The notes beneath the pieces were generated by a model. It ran no database searches and had not been told where the DNA came from. It saw only the letters and a program-made list of their open reading frames with translations. Positions 48,178 to 59,053 of a DNA stretch of 64,000 bases are shown piece after piece. The stretch comes from an uncultured Alphaproteobacteria bacterium (GTDB taxonomy: Bacteria; Pseudomonadota; Alphaproteobacteria; RF32; CAG-239): NCBI GenBank assembly GCA_944390355.1, contig CALXPT010000001.1, positions 175,507-239,506 on the forward strand, given 5' to 3'. The position numbers and the translations under genes were made by a program. Position 1 is the stretch's first letter, and the number at the start of each line of letters is the position of its first letter.

Positions 48178-48889
48178 GTTCTTTAGAGAAATTTTGGACA
48201 TCTTACTGCCTCCGAGGTGTAAGCTTTGCGGAAAGGTTGTGGCCGATGATGATACGCTCTGTCCTGATTGCTACAACAAATTTGATTTCATTTCAAAGCC
48301 TTATTGTGTTCACTGCGGACATCCGTTTGAAGAATCATCTTCTTCTCGCAAAATGCTCTGTGCAACTTGCGCCAAAGATAAGAAGCCTTGGTTTCGGCTT
48401 TGTCGTTCGGCATACCGTTATCAAGAAGAATCCAGAAACCTGATTTTGTCTTTTAAATTTCATGACTGTACCGATGATGCCAAAATATTGGCCAAATGGA
48501 TGAAACAAGCCGGTGAAGATATTTGGGATAAAGGCGTGGATGTTATCGTGCCCGTGCCTTTGCACTATACCAGACTGGTTAAGCGCAAATATAATCAAGC
48601 CGCCATGCTTGCCGTCGAACTCTCAAAAATGACCGGAATTCCGGTGGACTTGACGCATTTGGTGCGTCATAGAAAAACGCGCCCTCAAGTCGAATTTTCG
48701 GGACATGTGCGCGTGAAAAATGTTAAAGGGGCTTTTTCCGTTAAATCTATCAACGCTTTTCAAGGAAAACGCGTGCTTCTCGTGGATGATGTTTTGACTA
48801 CCGGTTCAACTCTCAGAGAATGCGCCAAAGCCATATCTAAAGCAAAACCCAAATCCATTGATTTGCTTACCGCCGCAAGAGTTTGTTAG
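48170..48889 (+). CDS. ComF-family protein (double zinc ribbon + phosphoribosyltransferase domain)
   Basis: 239 aa. CxxC pairs N-terminal. VLLVDDVLTTGSTL PRPP motif. Confidence 0.7.
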   Translation: MFKFFREILDILLPPRCKLCGKVVADDDTLCPDCYNKFDFISKPYCVHCGHPFEESSSSRKMLCATCAKDKKPWFRLCRSAYRYQEESRNLILSFKFHDCTDDAKILAKWMKQAGEDIWDKGVDVIVPVPLHYTRLVKRKYNQAAMLAVELSKMTGIPVDLTHLVRHRKTRPQVEFSGHVRVKNVKGAFSVKSINAFQGKRVLLVDDVLTTGSTLRECAKAISKAKPKSIDLLTAARVC

Positions 48890-48900
48890 TGGGCTTGTTT

Positions 48901-50115
48901 TCAGAAAAATGTTTTGGCCTTGTCTATGGCTTTAATCAAAATATCTATATCTTCTTTATTCGAATATACTCCTATGCTCGCACGCGCAACCGTTTCATAG
49001 CCCATTCGGTGAACCAGCGGTTCGGCGCAATGATGCCCCGTGCGAATCGATACGCCCTCTTGATTCAAAATAAAAGCCAAATCCTGCGGATGTATCTTGT
49101 CTACCACAAAGGAAAAAACACCGCCTTTATTTGCGGCCGTGCCGACTTGGGTCAGTCCTTTTACCGTTGACAGGGCGTTGGTTGCATATTCCACTAAATC
49201 TTGCTCATATTCCAAGATATTTTTCCAGCCCAGATTTTCTACATAACGCAAAGCCTCAGCCATACCGATTGCTTCCGCAATTGCCGGCGTACCGGCCTCA
49301 AAACGTGCAGGCGGCGGGGCAAAAGTTGTTTTCTCGTAGGTTACGGTATCTATCATCTCTCCGCCGGTTTGATACGGCGGCATATCTTCCAATAACTCTA
49401 ATTTTCCATACATGACGCCTATGCCCGTCGGTCCATAGATTTTGTGTCCCGAAAAAGCCATAAAGTCGCAATCCCAATTTTGAACATCAATCGGGGCATG
49501 AACCGCATACTGGCAGGCATCAACCACAACTTTTGCTCCTGCTTGATGCGCCGCTTTTGCTATTTCTTCAATCGGGAAAATCGTTCCTAAAACATTCGAC
49601 ATTGCGGTTACGGCCACAATCTTGGTTTTATCACTCAACGCTGATAAAAACGCTTCTTTGTTAAAGCTGCCGTTGTCATTTATCTTAAAGACTTTCAACT
49701 TAAGGGATTTTTCTTCCGCTAGCATTTGCCACGGAATTAAGTTGGCGTGATGTTCGGCCTCCGAAATTAATATCTCGTCTCCCGCATTTAACTTTGAACG
49801 GCCGTATGTGGCGGCAACCAAATTTATGCTCTCGGTCGCATTGCGCGTAAAGACTATTTCTTTGGGTGAACGAGCCTTTATAAATTCGGCCGTTTGCTTG
49901 CGCGCTTGTTCATACTCATAGGTCAGTTGTTCGGAGAGGCTATATGATCCACGGTGCACATTGGCGTACTTACGGGTCAGCGTTTCCAGCAGGCTATCAA
50001 TTACGACTTGAGGTTTTTGGGCTGAGGCCGCCGTGTCTAAAAATGTGTTGCGTTTGCCGTTTATCAATAATGAAAGTTCGGGAAAATCGGCTCTGACTTT
50101 TTCTATGTTTAACAT
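48901..50115 (-). CDS. sufS: Cysteine desulfurase SufS
   Basis: 404 aa. Class V aminotransferase. PLP-Lys motif SGHKIYGP. C-terminal active Cys region. Confidence 0.85.
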   Translation of the reverse strand: MLNIEKVRADFPELSLLINGKRNTFLDTAASAQKPQVVIDSLLETLTRKYANVHRGSYSLSEQLTYEYEQARKQTAEFIKARSPKEIVFTRNATESINLVAATYGRSKLNAGDEILISEAEHHANLIPWQMLAEEKSLKLKVFKINDNGSFNKEAFLSALSDKTKIVAVTAMSNVLGTIFPIEEIAKAAHQAGAKVVVDACQYAVHAPIDVQNWDCDFMAFSGHKIYGPTGIGVMYGKLELLEDMPPYQTGGEMIDTVTYEKTTFAPPPARFEAGTPAIAEAIGMAEALRYVENLGWKNILEYEQDLVEYATNALSTVKGLTQVGTAANKGGVFSFVVDKIHPQDLAFILNQEGVSIRTGHHCAEPLVHRMGYETVARASIGVYSNKEDIDILIKAIDKAKTFF

Positions 50116-51437
50116 TTTTCTTCACCCGTGTTGATGTTTGCCGAATCTGAAAACCAGTTTTTAACATCTTCATTGCTTATTGTGTTTATAACTTCCGTCA
50201 AATAGGCATCGATTAGGATTTGTTTGGCCTCTTCTTCTCCTATTCCCCGCGAGCGCATGTAAAACAACTGCTCTTTATCCAGCTCGCCGCTCGCCGCTCC
50301 GTGTGAGCACTTGACATCATCGGCATAGATTTCAAGCTCGGGTTTGCAATCTATCTCGGCCTCATCGCTTAGCAACAAAGCTTTGTGCAGTTGGCTGCCT
50401 TCCGTCTTAACTGCATTGGGCGCAATATGTATCTTGCCTTGAAAAACGCCCTTGGCATTGCCCCCGACAACACCTTTCACCAACTGATGCGATTTGCTGT
50501 GGGCTGATAAATGCTCAATATCGGTCGTGGTATCTACCGTGGCCCAGCCGTTTATCATGTAGGCGGCATTGACAAACGCTTCGGCTTGTTCTTCTTTTAA
50601 GCTGATTTTGCTTTCGTTGCGTGCTAAATTGGCTCCCTTTTGCAAGCAAAAACTCTCATAAAAACCATTTTCTCTGACTTTGACACGTGACAATGCTATA
50701 TGGACTGCCTTATAGGCCTCATCTTGCAATTTGTAATGTCTTAAGCATGCGCCGCGCCCGATATATATTTCATTTACTATATTATTAAAGTAACGCGATT
50801 TTTCATTGCCGCTATAATTAAAATTCTCGATAATCGTTGCTTGCGCGCCTCTCTCTAGTATTATTAAATTCCTCAAGTGCGCCATCAAATTTTGGCGGCA
50901 GGCGTGTGTATGATTAATTATTGCTATCGGTTTTGTTAAAGAAACGTCCCTTTCTACTGCTATATAAACTCCTTCTTCCATATAGGCGGTGTTTAATGCG
51001 GCAAAAGGATAATGCGCCATGTCTATCTCTTTGCCAAGATAGGATTTTACCGCATCCTCCTCATAAATCGCTTCAATCAACGGTTTTATTGTTACGCCCT
51101 TCGGCAGCTCAAAGTCTATCGCTTGCATGATACCGTTTTCAAAACGGATTTCATAGCTTGGAAAGCTCAGAGCTTTTTGACTCTCATGGTGGTGTCCGCA
51201 CCGGCACTCTCCTTGATGATAATTGCAATGCTCTTCCTCATGGCTCTCATCTTCATCCGTGCCGGTCAAAATAAAATCTTCGGTCATTAAATCACGCGGA
51301 CGTGTGTATTTCCACGCTTCGGTTTTGGCCGTGGGCAATCCCTGTGCCAAAAACAGCTCTCTACCCTTTTCTCTCTGCCCCTCGAGCCAAGGAATATCAT
51401 CTCCCGCCAAAGCTACTTCTTGCAACAATCCGCCCAT
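50109..51437 (-). CDS. sufD: Fe-S cluster assembly protein SufD
   Basis: 442 aa. SufB/D beta-helix family. Positioned between sufC and sufS. Confidence 0.8.
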   Translation of the reverse strand: MGGLLQEVALAGDDIPWLEGQREKGRELFLAQGLPTAKTEAWKYTRPRDLMTEDFILTGTDEDESHEEEHCNYHQGECRCGHHHESQKALSFPSYEIRFENGIMQAIDFELPKGVTIKPLIEAIYEEDAVKSYLGKEIDMAHYPFAALNTAYMEEGVYIAVERDVSLTKPIAIINHTHACRQNLMAHLRNLIILERGAQATIIENFNYSGNEKSRYFNNIVNEIYIGRGACLRHYKLQDEAYKAVHIALSRVKVRENGFYESFCLQKGANLARNESKISLKEEQAEAFVNAAYMINGWATVDTTTDIEHLSAHSKSHQLVKGVVGGNAKGVFQGKIHIAPNAVKTEGSQLHKALLLSDEAEIDCKPELEIYADDVKCSHGAASGELDKEQLFYMRSRGIGEEEAKQILIDAYLTEVINTISNEDVKNWFSDSANINTGEEKC

Positions 51438-51439
51438 GG

Positions 51440-52201
51440 TTATTTCTCTTTCGTAAATTCGGCATAGCCGTTCTTTTCTATTTCTGCGGCTAACTCTTTG
51501 CCACCCGATTTTACTATATGCCCATCGGCGTAAACATGGACAAAGTCCGGTACAATATCATTTAAAAGCCGTTGATAATGCGTGATAACCAACATTGCAT
51601 TATGCTCGTTCCTTTCGGCATTTATTCCTTCCGAAACGACTTTCAGCGCGTCTATATCCAACCCCGAATCCGCTTCATCCAAAATGGCAAACTGCGGTTT
51701 TAATATTGTTAACTGCAAGGTTTCAAGCCGTTTTTTTTCACCACCCGAAAATCCGACATTAATCGGACGCTTGAGCATATCGGCCGATATGCCGAGCTTT
51801 CGCCCCTCTTCCCGCAAAAGCTTCATAAAGTCCATCGTATCTAATTCCGGCTGATTGTGATATTTTCGCTGCGCATTGACGGCGTGTTTCAAAAAGGTTG
51901 TTACGGCAACTCCTGGGATTTCTACCGGATACTGCATTATTAAAAACAGGCCTTCTCTGGCGCGTTCCTCAACCGACATAGACAGCAAATCTTTGCCCTT
52001 AAAACGGACATGACCCGAGGTTACTTCATAACCGGATTTACCGCATAGGACATAAGACAAAGTTGATTTTCCTGCTCCGTTCGGCCCCATAATGGCGTGG
52101 ACCTCTCCTTCGTTAATCGTTAGGTTAAAACCTTTGATTATCTCTTTATCTTTAACGCGGGCACTTAAATCTTCAATCTCCAATAATGGTGTGTTACTCA
52201 T
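51440..52201 (-). CDS. sufC: Fe-S cluster assembly ATPase SufC
   Basis: ABC ATPase ([18 protein letters not shown]). Start set at MSNTPLLEI (ATG ending 52201); ORF-track N-terminal extension overlaps sufB. Confidence 0.85.
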   Translation of the reverse strand: MSNTPLLEIEDLSARVKDKEIIKGFNLTINEGEVHAIMGPNGAGKSTLSYVLCGKSGYEVTSGHVRFKGKDLLSMSVEERAREGLFLIMQYPVEIPGVAVTTFLKHAVNAQRKYHNQPELDTMDFMKLLREEGRKLGISADMLKRPINVGFSGGEKKRLETLQLTILKPQFAILDEADSGLDIDALKVVSEGINAERNEHNAMLVITHYQRLLNDIVPDFVHVYADGHIVKSGGKELAAEIEKNGYAEFTKEK

Positions 52202-52215
52202 TTTCTTTCCTTCTT

Positions 52216-53670
52216 TTATCCTACGCTGCCTTCTAAGCTTATGTTTATTAACTTGGCCGCCTCTATGGCAAATTCTAACGGCAAATGCTGCATAACCTCT
52301 TTGCAAAAACCGTTGACGATTAAACTGACTGCCGTTTCCTCGTCTATGCCTCTTTGCCGGCAATAAAACAATTGCTCATCACTAATCTTGGATGTCGTTG
52401 CTTCATGTTCCAAAACTGCGCTTTTATTACGGTTCTCAACATAAGGCACGGTATGCGAACCACAGTTTTGCCCTATCAACAAACTGTCGCATTGCGAATA
52501 ATTGCGCGCATTGTCGGCATTGGGACTAACCCTCACCAGACCGCGATAGGTTTGATTTGAGTGGCCGGCCGAAATTCCTTTGGATATGATTTTTGAGGTG
52601 GTGTTTTTACCAATATGTATCATCTTGGTGCCGGTATCTGCCTGCTGATAATTGTTGGTTAAGGCTACCGAATAAAACTCACCTACAGAATTATCTCCTT
52701 GCAAAACACATGACGGATATTTCCATGTTACCGCAGAACCCGTTTCTACTTGTGTCCATGAAATTTTAGCATTTTTTCCACGGCATGCCGCGCGTTTGGT
52801 TACAAAGTTATAGACACCACCCTTGCCATCCTTATCTCCGGGGTACCAATTTTGCACCGTGGAATATTTTACTTCCGCATTATCTAAAACAACTATCTCA
52901 ACTATGGCCGCATGAAGTTGGTTCTCATCCCTTTGCGGAGCCGTGCAACCTTCCAGATATGAAACGTAGCTTTCGTCATCGGCCACTATCAATGTTCTTT
53001 CAAACTGTCCCGTGTTTTGCGCATTGATCCTAAAATAGGTCGACAATTCCATCGGACATTTCACGCCTTTTGGAATATACACAAATGAACCATCCGTAAA
53101 TACCGCCGAATTTAAGCTGGCAAAAAAATTATCCGTATAGGGTACTACCGTTCCCAGATATTTTTGTACTAAGTCCGGATGTTCTCTTACCGCCTCCGAT
53201 ATTGAGCAAAAAATAATTCCCTTTTCGGCAAGCTTGGCTCGATAGGTCGTTGCTACCGATACCGAATCGAAAACCGCATCTACGGCCACAACGCCCGATA
53301 AAATTTCTTGTTCCTTTAAGGGGATTCCCAGTTTCTCATAAGTTGCTAGTAATTTTGGGTCAATTTCATCCAGACTTTTGGGGCTGACCTTTTGTTTGGG
53401 GGCCGCGTAATAATACAAATCTTGATAATCTATCTTATCATAGTTTAATTTCGCCCATGTCGGCTCTTTCATATTTTGCCAATAATTAAATGCACGCAGG
53501 CGAAAATCCAATAACCATGCGGGTTCTTGCTTCTTGCCCGAAATTAAGCGGATTATTTCTTCGTTTAATCCTTTCGGCGCGCTTTCCGTGGCTATGTCGG
53601 TTACAAAGCCGTATTTATATTTGTCGCCGCTTTCATCCGCTATTTCCGGTGTTTGTTTCTTCTCTGTCAT
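52216..53670 (-). CDS. sufB: Fe-S cluster assembly scaffold SufB
   Basis: 484 aa. SufB family signature regions. Confidence 0.85.
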   Translation of the reverse strand: MTEKKQTPEIADESGDKYKYGFVTDIATESAPKGLNEEIIRLISGKKQEPAWLLDFRLRAFNYWQNMKEPTWAKLNYDKIDYQDLYYYAAPKQKVSPKSLDEIDPKLLATYEKLGIPLKEQEILSGVVAVDAVFDSVSVATTYRAKLAEKGIIFCSISEAVREHPDLVQKYLGTVVPYTDNFFASLNSAVFTDGSFVYIPKGVKCPMELSTYFRINAQNTGQFERTLIVADDESYVSYLEGCTAPQRDENQLHAAIVEIVVLDNAEVKYSTVQNWYPGDKDGKGGVYNFVTKRAACRGKNAKISWTQVETGSAVTWKYPSCVLQGDNSVGEFYSVALTNNYQQADTGTKMIHIGKNTTSKIISKGISAGHSNQTYRGLVRVSPNADNARNYSQCDSLLIGQNCGSHTVPYVENRNKSAVLEHEATTSKISDEQLFYCRQRGIDEETAVSLIVNGFCKEVMQHLPLEFAIEAAKLINISLEGSVG

Positions 53671-53796
53671 TTGTCTTAATTCTATATTTCTTCCTTTACA
53701 CGGGTTAAAGTATGTTTTTTTAAGGCAAATTGCAACATCTTTTTGTTAGTGAAACTTTAAAACTTGGTGCTATAATGTTTCGGAATCGAGTTTTTT

Positions 53797-54849
53797 GTGC
53801 GGAGAAATTTTATGTGGGCAGTTTTTTGGGCGGTTTTGTTTGGGATTACAGGGGCTGTAACAGGGTTTGTCATCAGCATTTTGAAAGCTAAAAATACCGC
53901 ACTTAAAATTGAAATCAAATCCCTTTTGAACGACAGCCGTTCTTTGGTCGACAAAGAAAACCGAAACCGAGACGATATCTACTTTCATATTGACAATAAC
54001 ATGAATATTTCTTTCATGAACGAAACGGCCTGCTCCTTTTTCAAAATCGGAAAAAACGATTGGCTTCATTTGTCGGTGTTAGGGCATATCATCGAAGAAA
54101 ACAGAGCAAACCAAGTTTATTTGAATGCTGCTTTCAACCGTGTTAAACGAAATCCTTCCACCATCAATGAAAATATCGTGGTCAAAATGCCTACCGGCAA
54201 AGGCAGAGTTATGCGAATCCGCATTCGTCCCATCCTTGATGAGGTTCTGAACTGTGTCGGCATGAGTGTGGTACTTAAGGATATGCAAGAAGCGGAAATT
54301 TTGCAAGAACGCCTCAATAAGCTTAAAAACCGCGACACTCTCTCTAAAGATATTTTGAACGAAAAAGCTCTCTTTGTGAAAACAGATAAAGATTTTAGCC
54401 GTTGTCGGCGTTACAATTATCCATTTTCTTTGATTGTCATTGAAGTTCGCGATATCTATGAATTTATTTGCAAAGGTATTGATTTTGAGCGCGGTGATAA
54501 ATTATTTATAAACTGCGCCGAAATTTGTCTGAAGAACGGCTTTAAGAACAGTTATGTCGGACGTTTTAATAAAACCAAGTTTGCCATTGTTTTGCCAAAT
54601 GTTTCTCGCGAACAGGCCGCAGATGCCGCCGAAAATCTTTATTACCCCATGATTAAAATGATACAATCTCTCGGGGTTGATAAATATAATGCCGAAATGT
54701 TTGTCGTGTCTTATTCGAATCGAAAAAACTTTAATGATTCCGCCGATGCTTTGCTCGGACGAATCAATGCCCATATTGAACGCGCCCTTAAAAATAAAGA
54801 TTACGGCATTAAGGCTTCTGATAAAAATTATAAATTATTCAATGATTAA
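53797..54849 (+). CDS. Membrane-anchored PAS domain protein with degenerate GGDEF domain
   Basis: 350 aa. N-terminal TM. PAS-like block. C-terminal GGDEF fold with GRFNK in place of GG(D/E)EF. Confidence 0.5.
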   Translation: MRRNFMWAVFWAVLFGITGAVTGFVISILKAKNTALKIEIKSLLNDSRSLVDKENRNRDDIYFHIDNNMNISFMNETACSFFKIGKNDWLHLSVLGHIIEENRANQVYLNAAFNRVKRNPSTINENIVVKMPTGKGRVMRIRIRPILDEVLNCVGMSVVLKDMQEAEILQERLNKLKNRDTLSKDILNEKALFVKTDKDFSRCRRYNYPFSLIVIEVRDIYEFICKGIDFERGDKLFINCAEICLKNGFKNSYVGRFNKTKFAIVLPNVSREQAADAAENLYYPMIKMIQSLGVDKYNAEMFVVSYSNRKNFNDSADALLGRINAHIERALKNKDYGIKASDKNYKLFND

Positions 54850-54901
54850 ATAAATTGTTAAGCTTATTCTGCTAGTCTTTTAACTATATTAGGGCTCTAA
54901 T

Positions 54902-55978
54902 TTGGGTGAGGTTATGCTGAAAAAGGTTATTGTCTTTTTATGCTTGGTTATTGTGCTGTCTGCATGTTCCTTTAACTCAGGGCGCGTGCGGCTGCTTAAC
55001 TATGACCTCGGCACGACCTTGTTCGGAAATGTTCCCGAAAGTATTACCGTTACTAAGGGGGATACGCTTTACAGCATTTCTAAACGATATAACGTCCCGC
55101 TCCGCGACCTTATTACCACCAACAACCTTACGCCTCCTTATACCCTTAAAATCGGGCAAGTTATCCGAATCCCCAGCGCAAAATATCATACCGTTGTCAA
55201 AGGCGACACACTTTACAATATTTCAAAACGTTATGATGTCGATATGGCGGCTCTCAGTAATCTTAATGATTTGGAGGCTCCGTATACGCTTTCTCTCGGG
55301 CAAAAGCTTCTGCTTCCGGGGACACTTAATTCTCCAAATGAGTATATTGTTGAAAGCGATGATGTTTATAGTAACGACGTTACTTATAAAGAAAGCCAAG
55401 AAGATGAAACCGGTACAATTTGGATTATGCCCACGCAAACGGCTAAGAAAAGTGTCGGCACGTCTAAGACAAATGTGAAAAAAGCCTCTTCTTCGGCTAA
55501 AAAATCAACCACTACCGCCGCCAAGAAAAAAACAACCTATAAGAAAACCGCCGCTCAAACCAAGACTAAAAAAATTTCTGCCAAAGCAACCAAAGTCAGC
55601 GCGCGCAAGAGCAAGTTTTTGTGGCCGGTGCAGGGAAAAGTTATTTCTAAGTTCGGCTCACTCGGCAACGGGCGCAACAATGACGGTATCAATATTCAAG
55701 CCGCCCAAGGTGCTACCGTACGCGCGGCTGATGCCGGTACAATCGTTTATGCCGGAAACGAACTCAAAGGTTTCGGCAATCTGATTTTAGTGAAACATTC
55801 GGGGGGGTGGATTACCGCTTATGCCCATAATCAAAAGCTCCTTGTTAAAAAAGGCCAAAAGGTTAAACGCGGCGAAAAAATCGCTACCGTCGGCAATACC
55901 GGCGGCGTCTCTTCCCCTCAGCTCCATTTTGAAGTCCGCGCCGGCAAAAAAGCCGTTAACCCGCTTAATTACCTCTAA
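54902..55978 (+). CDS. LysM-domain M23 peptidase lipoprotein (NlpD-like)
   Basis: 358 aa. Lipobox. Two LysM repeats (GDTLYSISKRYNV; GDTLYNISKRYDV). Thr/Lys-rich linker. C-terminal M23 domain. Confidence 0.8.
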   Translation: MGEVMLKKVIVFLCLVIVLSACSFNSGRVRLLNYDLGTTLFGNVPESITVTKGDTLYSISKRYNVPLRDLITTNNLTPPYTLKIGQVIRIPSAKYHTVVKGDTLYNISKRYDVDMAALSNLNDLEAPYTLSLGQKLLLPGTLNSPNEYIVESDDVYSNDVTYKESQEDETGTIWIMPTQTAKKSVGTSKTNVKKASSSAKKSTTTAAKKKTTYKKTAAQTKTKKISAKATKVSARKSKFLWPVQGKVISKFGSLGNGRNNDGINIQAAQGATVRAADAGTIVYAGNELKGFGNLILVKHSGGWITAYAHNQKLLVKKGQKVKRGEKIATVGNTGGVSSPQLHFEVRAGKKAVNPLNYL

Positions 55979-56106
55979 TTTAATTCGTTTACATTCGAAA
56001 ACTTAAACTTTTTTGTGAAAATGTACGCTTTTTATGGTTGTTTATGCGAAATATTCGTGTATAGTGTCTCCAGACTTTTTGTATTTATAAAAGGAGATGT
56101 ATACGC

Positions 56107-56454
56107 ATGTTTATTAATAACGCTTGGGCACAAGCCGCCGATGCCGCCGGAAATGCTAATCCGGGGTTGGCTTTCTTGTTCCAAATTGTTCTTTTTATTC
56201 TTATTCTTTATTTTATTATTTTCAGACCGAATCAGAAAAGATATAAAGCTCATCAAGCCATGCTGATGGCTATTAAGGCCGGTGATGAAATTATTACCGG
56301 CGGCGGGTTGTATGCTAAGGTTATTAAATGCGAAGGCGAATATGACCTTTGGGTCGAAATTGCGCCAAATACTCAGGTTAAAATTAACCGTTTAACGGTT
56401 AGAGATGTTGTCGGGGATAAATCTCAGACCCCCGCAAATTCAAACAAAAAATAA
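56107..56454 (+). CDS. yajC: Preprotein translocase subunit YajC
   Basis: 115 aa. Single TM plus conserved MLMAIKAGDEIITGGGLYAKV. Confidence 0.85.
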   Translation: MFINNAWAQAADAAGNANPGLAFLFQIVLFILILYFIIFRPNQKRYKAHQAMLMAIKAGDEIITGGGLYAKVIKCEGEYDLWVEIAPNTQVKINRLTVRDVVGDKSQTPANSNKK

Positions 56455-56467
56455 GGATTATCAGGCA

Positions 56468-58015
56468 ATGTATAAACTTTCTAAGTCTAGAGTCATACTG
56501 ATTTTGACAATCTGTCTTATCGGTATATTTTTTGCTTTGCCAAATTTGTTCAAGGACTCATCTAAGCTTCCGTCTTGGTGGCAGCCGGTTAACCTCGGAC
56601 TCGATTTGCAAGGCGGTTCTTCTTTATTGATGCAGGTCGAAGTCGACGAGGCTATTAAAGAGCGTTTGGGAAATGTCGAAGATGCCGCTCGTCAGATTTT
56701 GCGCGAAAACAAAATTCGTTATACAAATTTGAAAAACGGTGCCGACGGCGTTCATGTTAAAATCGAAAACGCACTTTCTCGCGACAAAGCCGCTAATTTA
56801 TTCCGAAAGATTGATGACGGAATCGAAGTTAAAGATGCCGAAGACGGTCAGACTTTAATTATCAATTACAGCGAAGTGGCTCTCAATCAACTTAAACACA
56901 AAATCGTCGACCAGTCTATTGAAATCGTTCGCCGCAGAATCGATGGTATGGGCACAACCGAACCGGTTATTCAAAGTCAAGGCACGGACAGAATCGTACT
57001 CCAACTCCCGGGGTTGCAGAATCCTGAGGAAGTTAAGCAGATTTTGGGACGCACGGCCAAAATGGCTTTTCATATGGTTGATTCCCGTACTTCTGCCTTG
57101 GATGCACGCAGGGGTATGCTCAGCAACACCTCACGCCTTGTAAAAGGCTCAGAAGGCGAAACTTATGTGATTACGCGCAAGCCCGTTGTCAGCGGTGAAA
57201 ATTTGGTGGACGCCAATGTATCTTACCAAGAAGGGCAACCGGTGGTGAGTTTCAAGTTTGATTCTCTCGGGGCGAAAAAATTCGGCGAGGCAACCAAAAA
57301 CAATATCGGCGAGCGCTTAGCCATTGTTCTTGATAATGAAGTTATTTCCGCTCCAACCATTCAAAGCGCAATTATGGGCGGAAGCGGCGTGATTACCGGA
57401 AATTTCTCGGTTAAATCCGCTAATGATTTGGCTTTATTGCTACGTTCCGGTGCGTTGCCTGCTCAGCTCCAAGTGTTGGAAGAAAGAACCGTCGGTGCGG
57501 GGCTTGGTGCTGACTCTATTCGTGACGGCGTGTTTGCCTCTATCATCGGGTTTATCGCCATTGTGTTGTTTATGCTGACGGCTTATGGTTTGTTTGGTTT
57601 GTTTACAACCATTACCGTGTTTATGAACCTGTTCTTGATGCTCGGTGCTTTAAGCATGATTAACGCAACGCTTACCCTCCCAGGTATCGCAGGTATTATC
57701 TTAACCATCGGTATGGCCGTAGACGCCAATGTGTTGATTTTTGAACGTATGCGCGAAGAAGTTAAAGCCGGACGCTCCACAAAAGACGCCGCGGAAGCAG
57801 GATTTACCGAAGCTTGGTCAACGATTGTCGATTCAAACCTCACAACCCTCGTTGCTGCTTTTGTGTTGTTTTATTTCGGTACGGGACCGGTCAGAGGTTT
57901 TGCCGTTACACTCGCAATCGGTATTGCAACATCCATGTTCACCTCGGTTACGGTTACACGTTTGATTATCACATGGTGGCTGAACAAGTATAAACCGAAA
58001 AAACTGCCTATTTAA
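56468..58015 (+). CDS. secD: Protein translocase subunit SecD
   Basis: Start at MYKLSKSR (ATG 56468) after yajC stop. SecD periplasmic and membrane domains. Confidence 0.85.
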   Translation: MYKLSKSRVILILTICLIGIFFALPNLFKDSSKLPSWWQPVNLGLDLQGGSSLLMQVEVDEAIKERLGNVEDAARQILRENKIRYTNLKNGADGVHVKIENALSRDKAANLFRKIDDGIEVKDAEDGQTLIINYSEVALNQLKHKIVDQSIEIVRRRIDGMGTTEPVIQSQGTDRIVLQLPGLQNPEEVKQILGRTAKMAFHMVDSRTSALDARRGMLSNTSRLVKGSEGETYVITRKPVVSGENLVDANVSYQEGQPVVSFKFDSLGAKKFGEATKNNIGERLAIVLDNEVISAPTIQSAIMGGSGVITGNFSVKSANDLALLLRSGALPAQLQVLEERTVGAGLGADSIRDGVFASIIGFIAIVLFMLTAYGLFGLFTTITVFMNLFLMLGALSMINATLTLPGIAGIILTIGMAVDANVLIFERMREEVKAGRSTKDAAEAGFTEAWSTIVDSNLTTLVAAFVLFYFGTGPVRGFAVTLAIGIATSMFTSVTVTRLIITWWLNKYKPKKLPI

Positions 58016-58035
58016 TTGTTTAAGGATTTGTGAAA

Positions 58036-58971
58036 ATGAAACTTTTTAGTTGGGTTACAAAAGACACGTCGATTGACTTTATGAAAGCCAGAAAATTTAC
58101 TTATGCGCTTTCGATTGCGATGTGTGTCTTGTCTATTGTTTGTATTTGCGTTAAGGGCTTTAACTTCGGAATTGATTTTTCCGGCGGTATTTTGATGGAA
58201 CTCAAAGCCGGACAAGTTATCAATCTCGATGAAATGCGCCAGAAACTTGATGATGCGCATGTAAAAGATGTTAACTTGCAGACTATCGGTGAAACAGGCG
58301 ATGAGGTTATGATTCGTGCACAGGCCGAAACCATGGACGAAAAACAGCAGATGGCTGTTGTTAACACTATTAAACAGACTCTGGGCAGCGAATATGAATA
58401 TCGCCGCGTGGAGTTGGTCGGTCCGCAAGTTGGTGATGAACTCAAGATGGACGGTATTGTCGCCTCGGTGATTGCGATTTTGGCAATCAGTGCATATATT
58501 TGGTTTAGATTTGAGTGGCAATTTGCTTTGGGCGCGATGATTGGTTTAATCCATGACGTATTAACCACGCTCGGCGTTTTGTCTTTGCTCGGATTTGACT
58601 TTAGTTTGACAACCGTTGCCGCGATTTTGACCTTGGCCGGTTATTCTGTTAACGATACGGTGGTTACTTATGACCGTGTGCGTGAAAACTTGCGCAAGTT
58701 TAAGAAAATGCCGCAGATTGAACTTTTGAACAAGAGTATCAATGACATTTTCTCTCGCACGATTTTGACAGGTTTGACAACCTTGCTCGCGGCTTTGGCC
58801 TTGTTCTTATTCGGCGGCGACACGCTCAGGAGCTTTTCGTTCGTGATTGTTTGGGGTGTGATTGTCGGAACATATTCTTCCATTTATGTTTCGGCCGTGT
58901 TCCTCAACTTGTTTGACCTGCGCAAACGTCCGGATGAAAAAGCCATCAACCCGTTTGGGAATGTTGAGTAA
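58036..58971 (+). CDS. secF: Protein translocase subunit SecF
   Basis: ATG 58036 with AAGGA RBS (alternative GTG 58030). SecF membrane domain. Confidence 0.85.
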   Translation: MKLFSWVTKDTSIDFMKARKFTYALSIAMCVLSIVCICVKGFNFGIDFSGGILMELKAGQVINLDEMRQKLDDAHVKDVNLQTIGETGDEVMIRAQAETMDEKQQMAVVNTIKQTLGSEYEYRRVELVGPQVGDELKMDGIVASVIAILAISAYIWFRFEWQFALGAMIGLIHDVLTTLGVLSLLGFDFSLTTVAAILTLAGYSVNDTVVTYDRVRENLRKFKKMPQIELLNKSINDIFSRTILTGLTTLLAALALFLFGGDTLRSFSFVIVWGVIVGTYSSIYVSAVFLNLFDLRKRPDEKAINPFGNVE

Positions 58972-59003
58972 GTCAAACTGGCTTAAAATAAAGAAAAAAG
59001 AGA

Positions 59004-59036
59004 GTTCGGCAAAATGTAAATTTGCCGAACTTTTTT
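59004..59036. terminator. Bidirectional terminator between secF and convergent DUF1566 gene
   Basis: GTTCGGCAAA-loop-TTTGCCGAAC then TTTTTT. Confidence 0.55.
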
Positions 59037-59053
59037 GTGTTTTGATATATCCC

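Noticed and set aside
51440-52363. ORF-track version of sufC with a 54-aa N-terminal extension
   Set aside because: The extension overlaps the 3' end of sufB in another frame and lacks homology. The conserved SufC N-terminus starts at MSNTPLLEI (52201).
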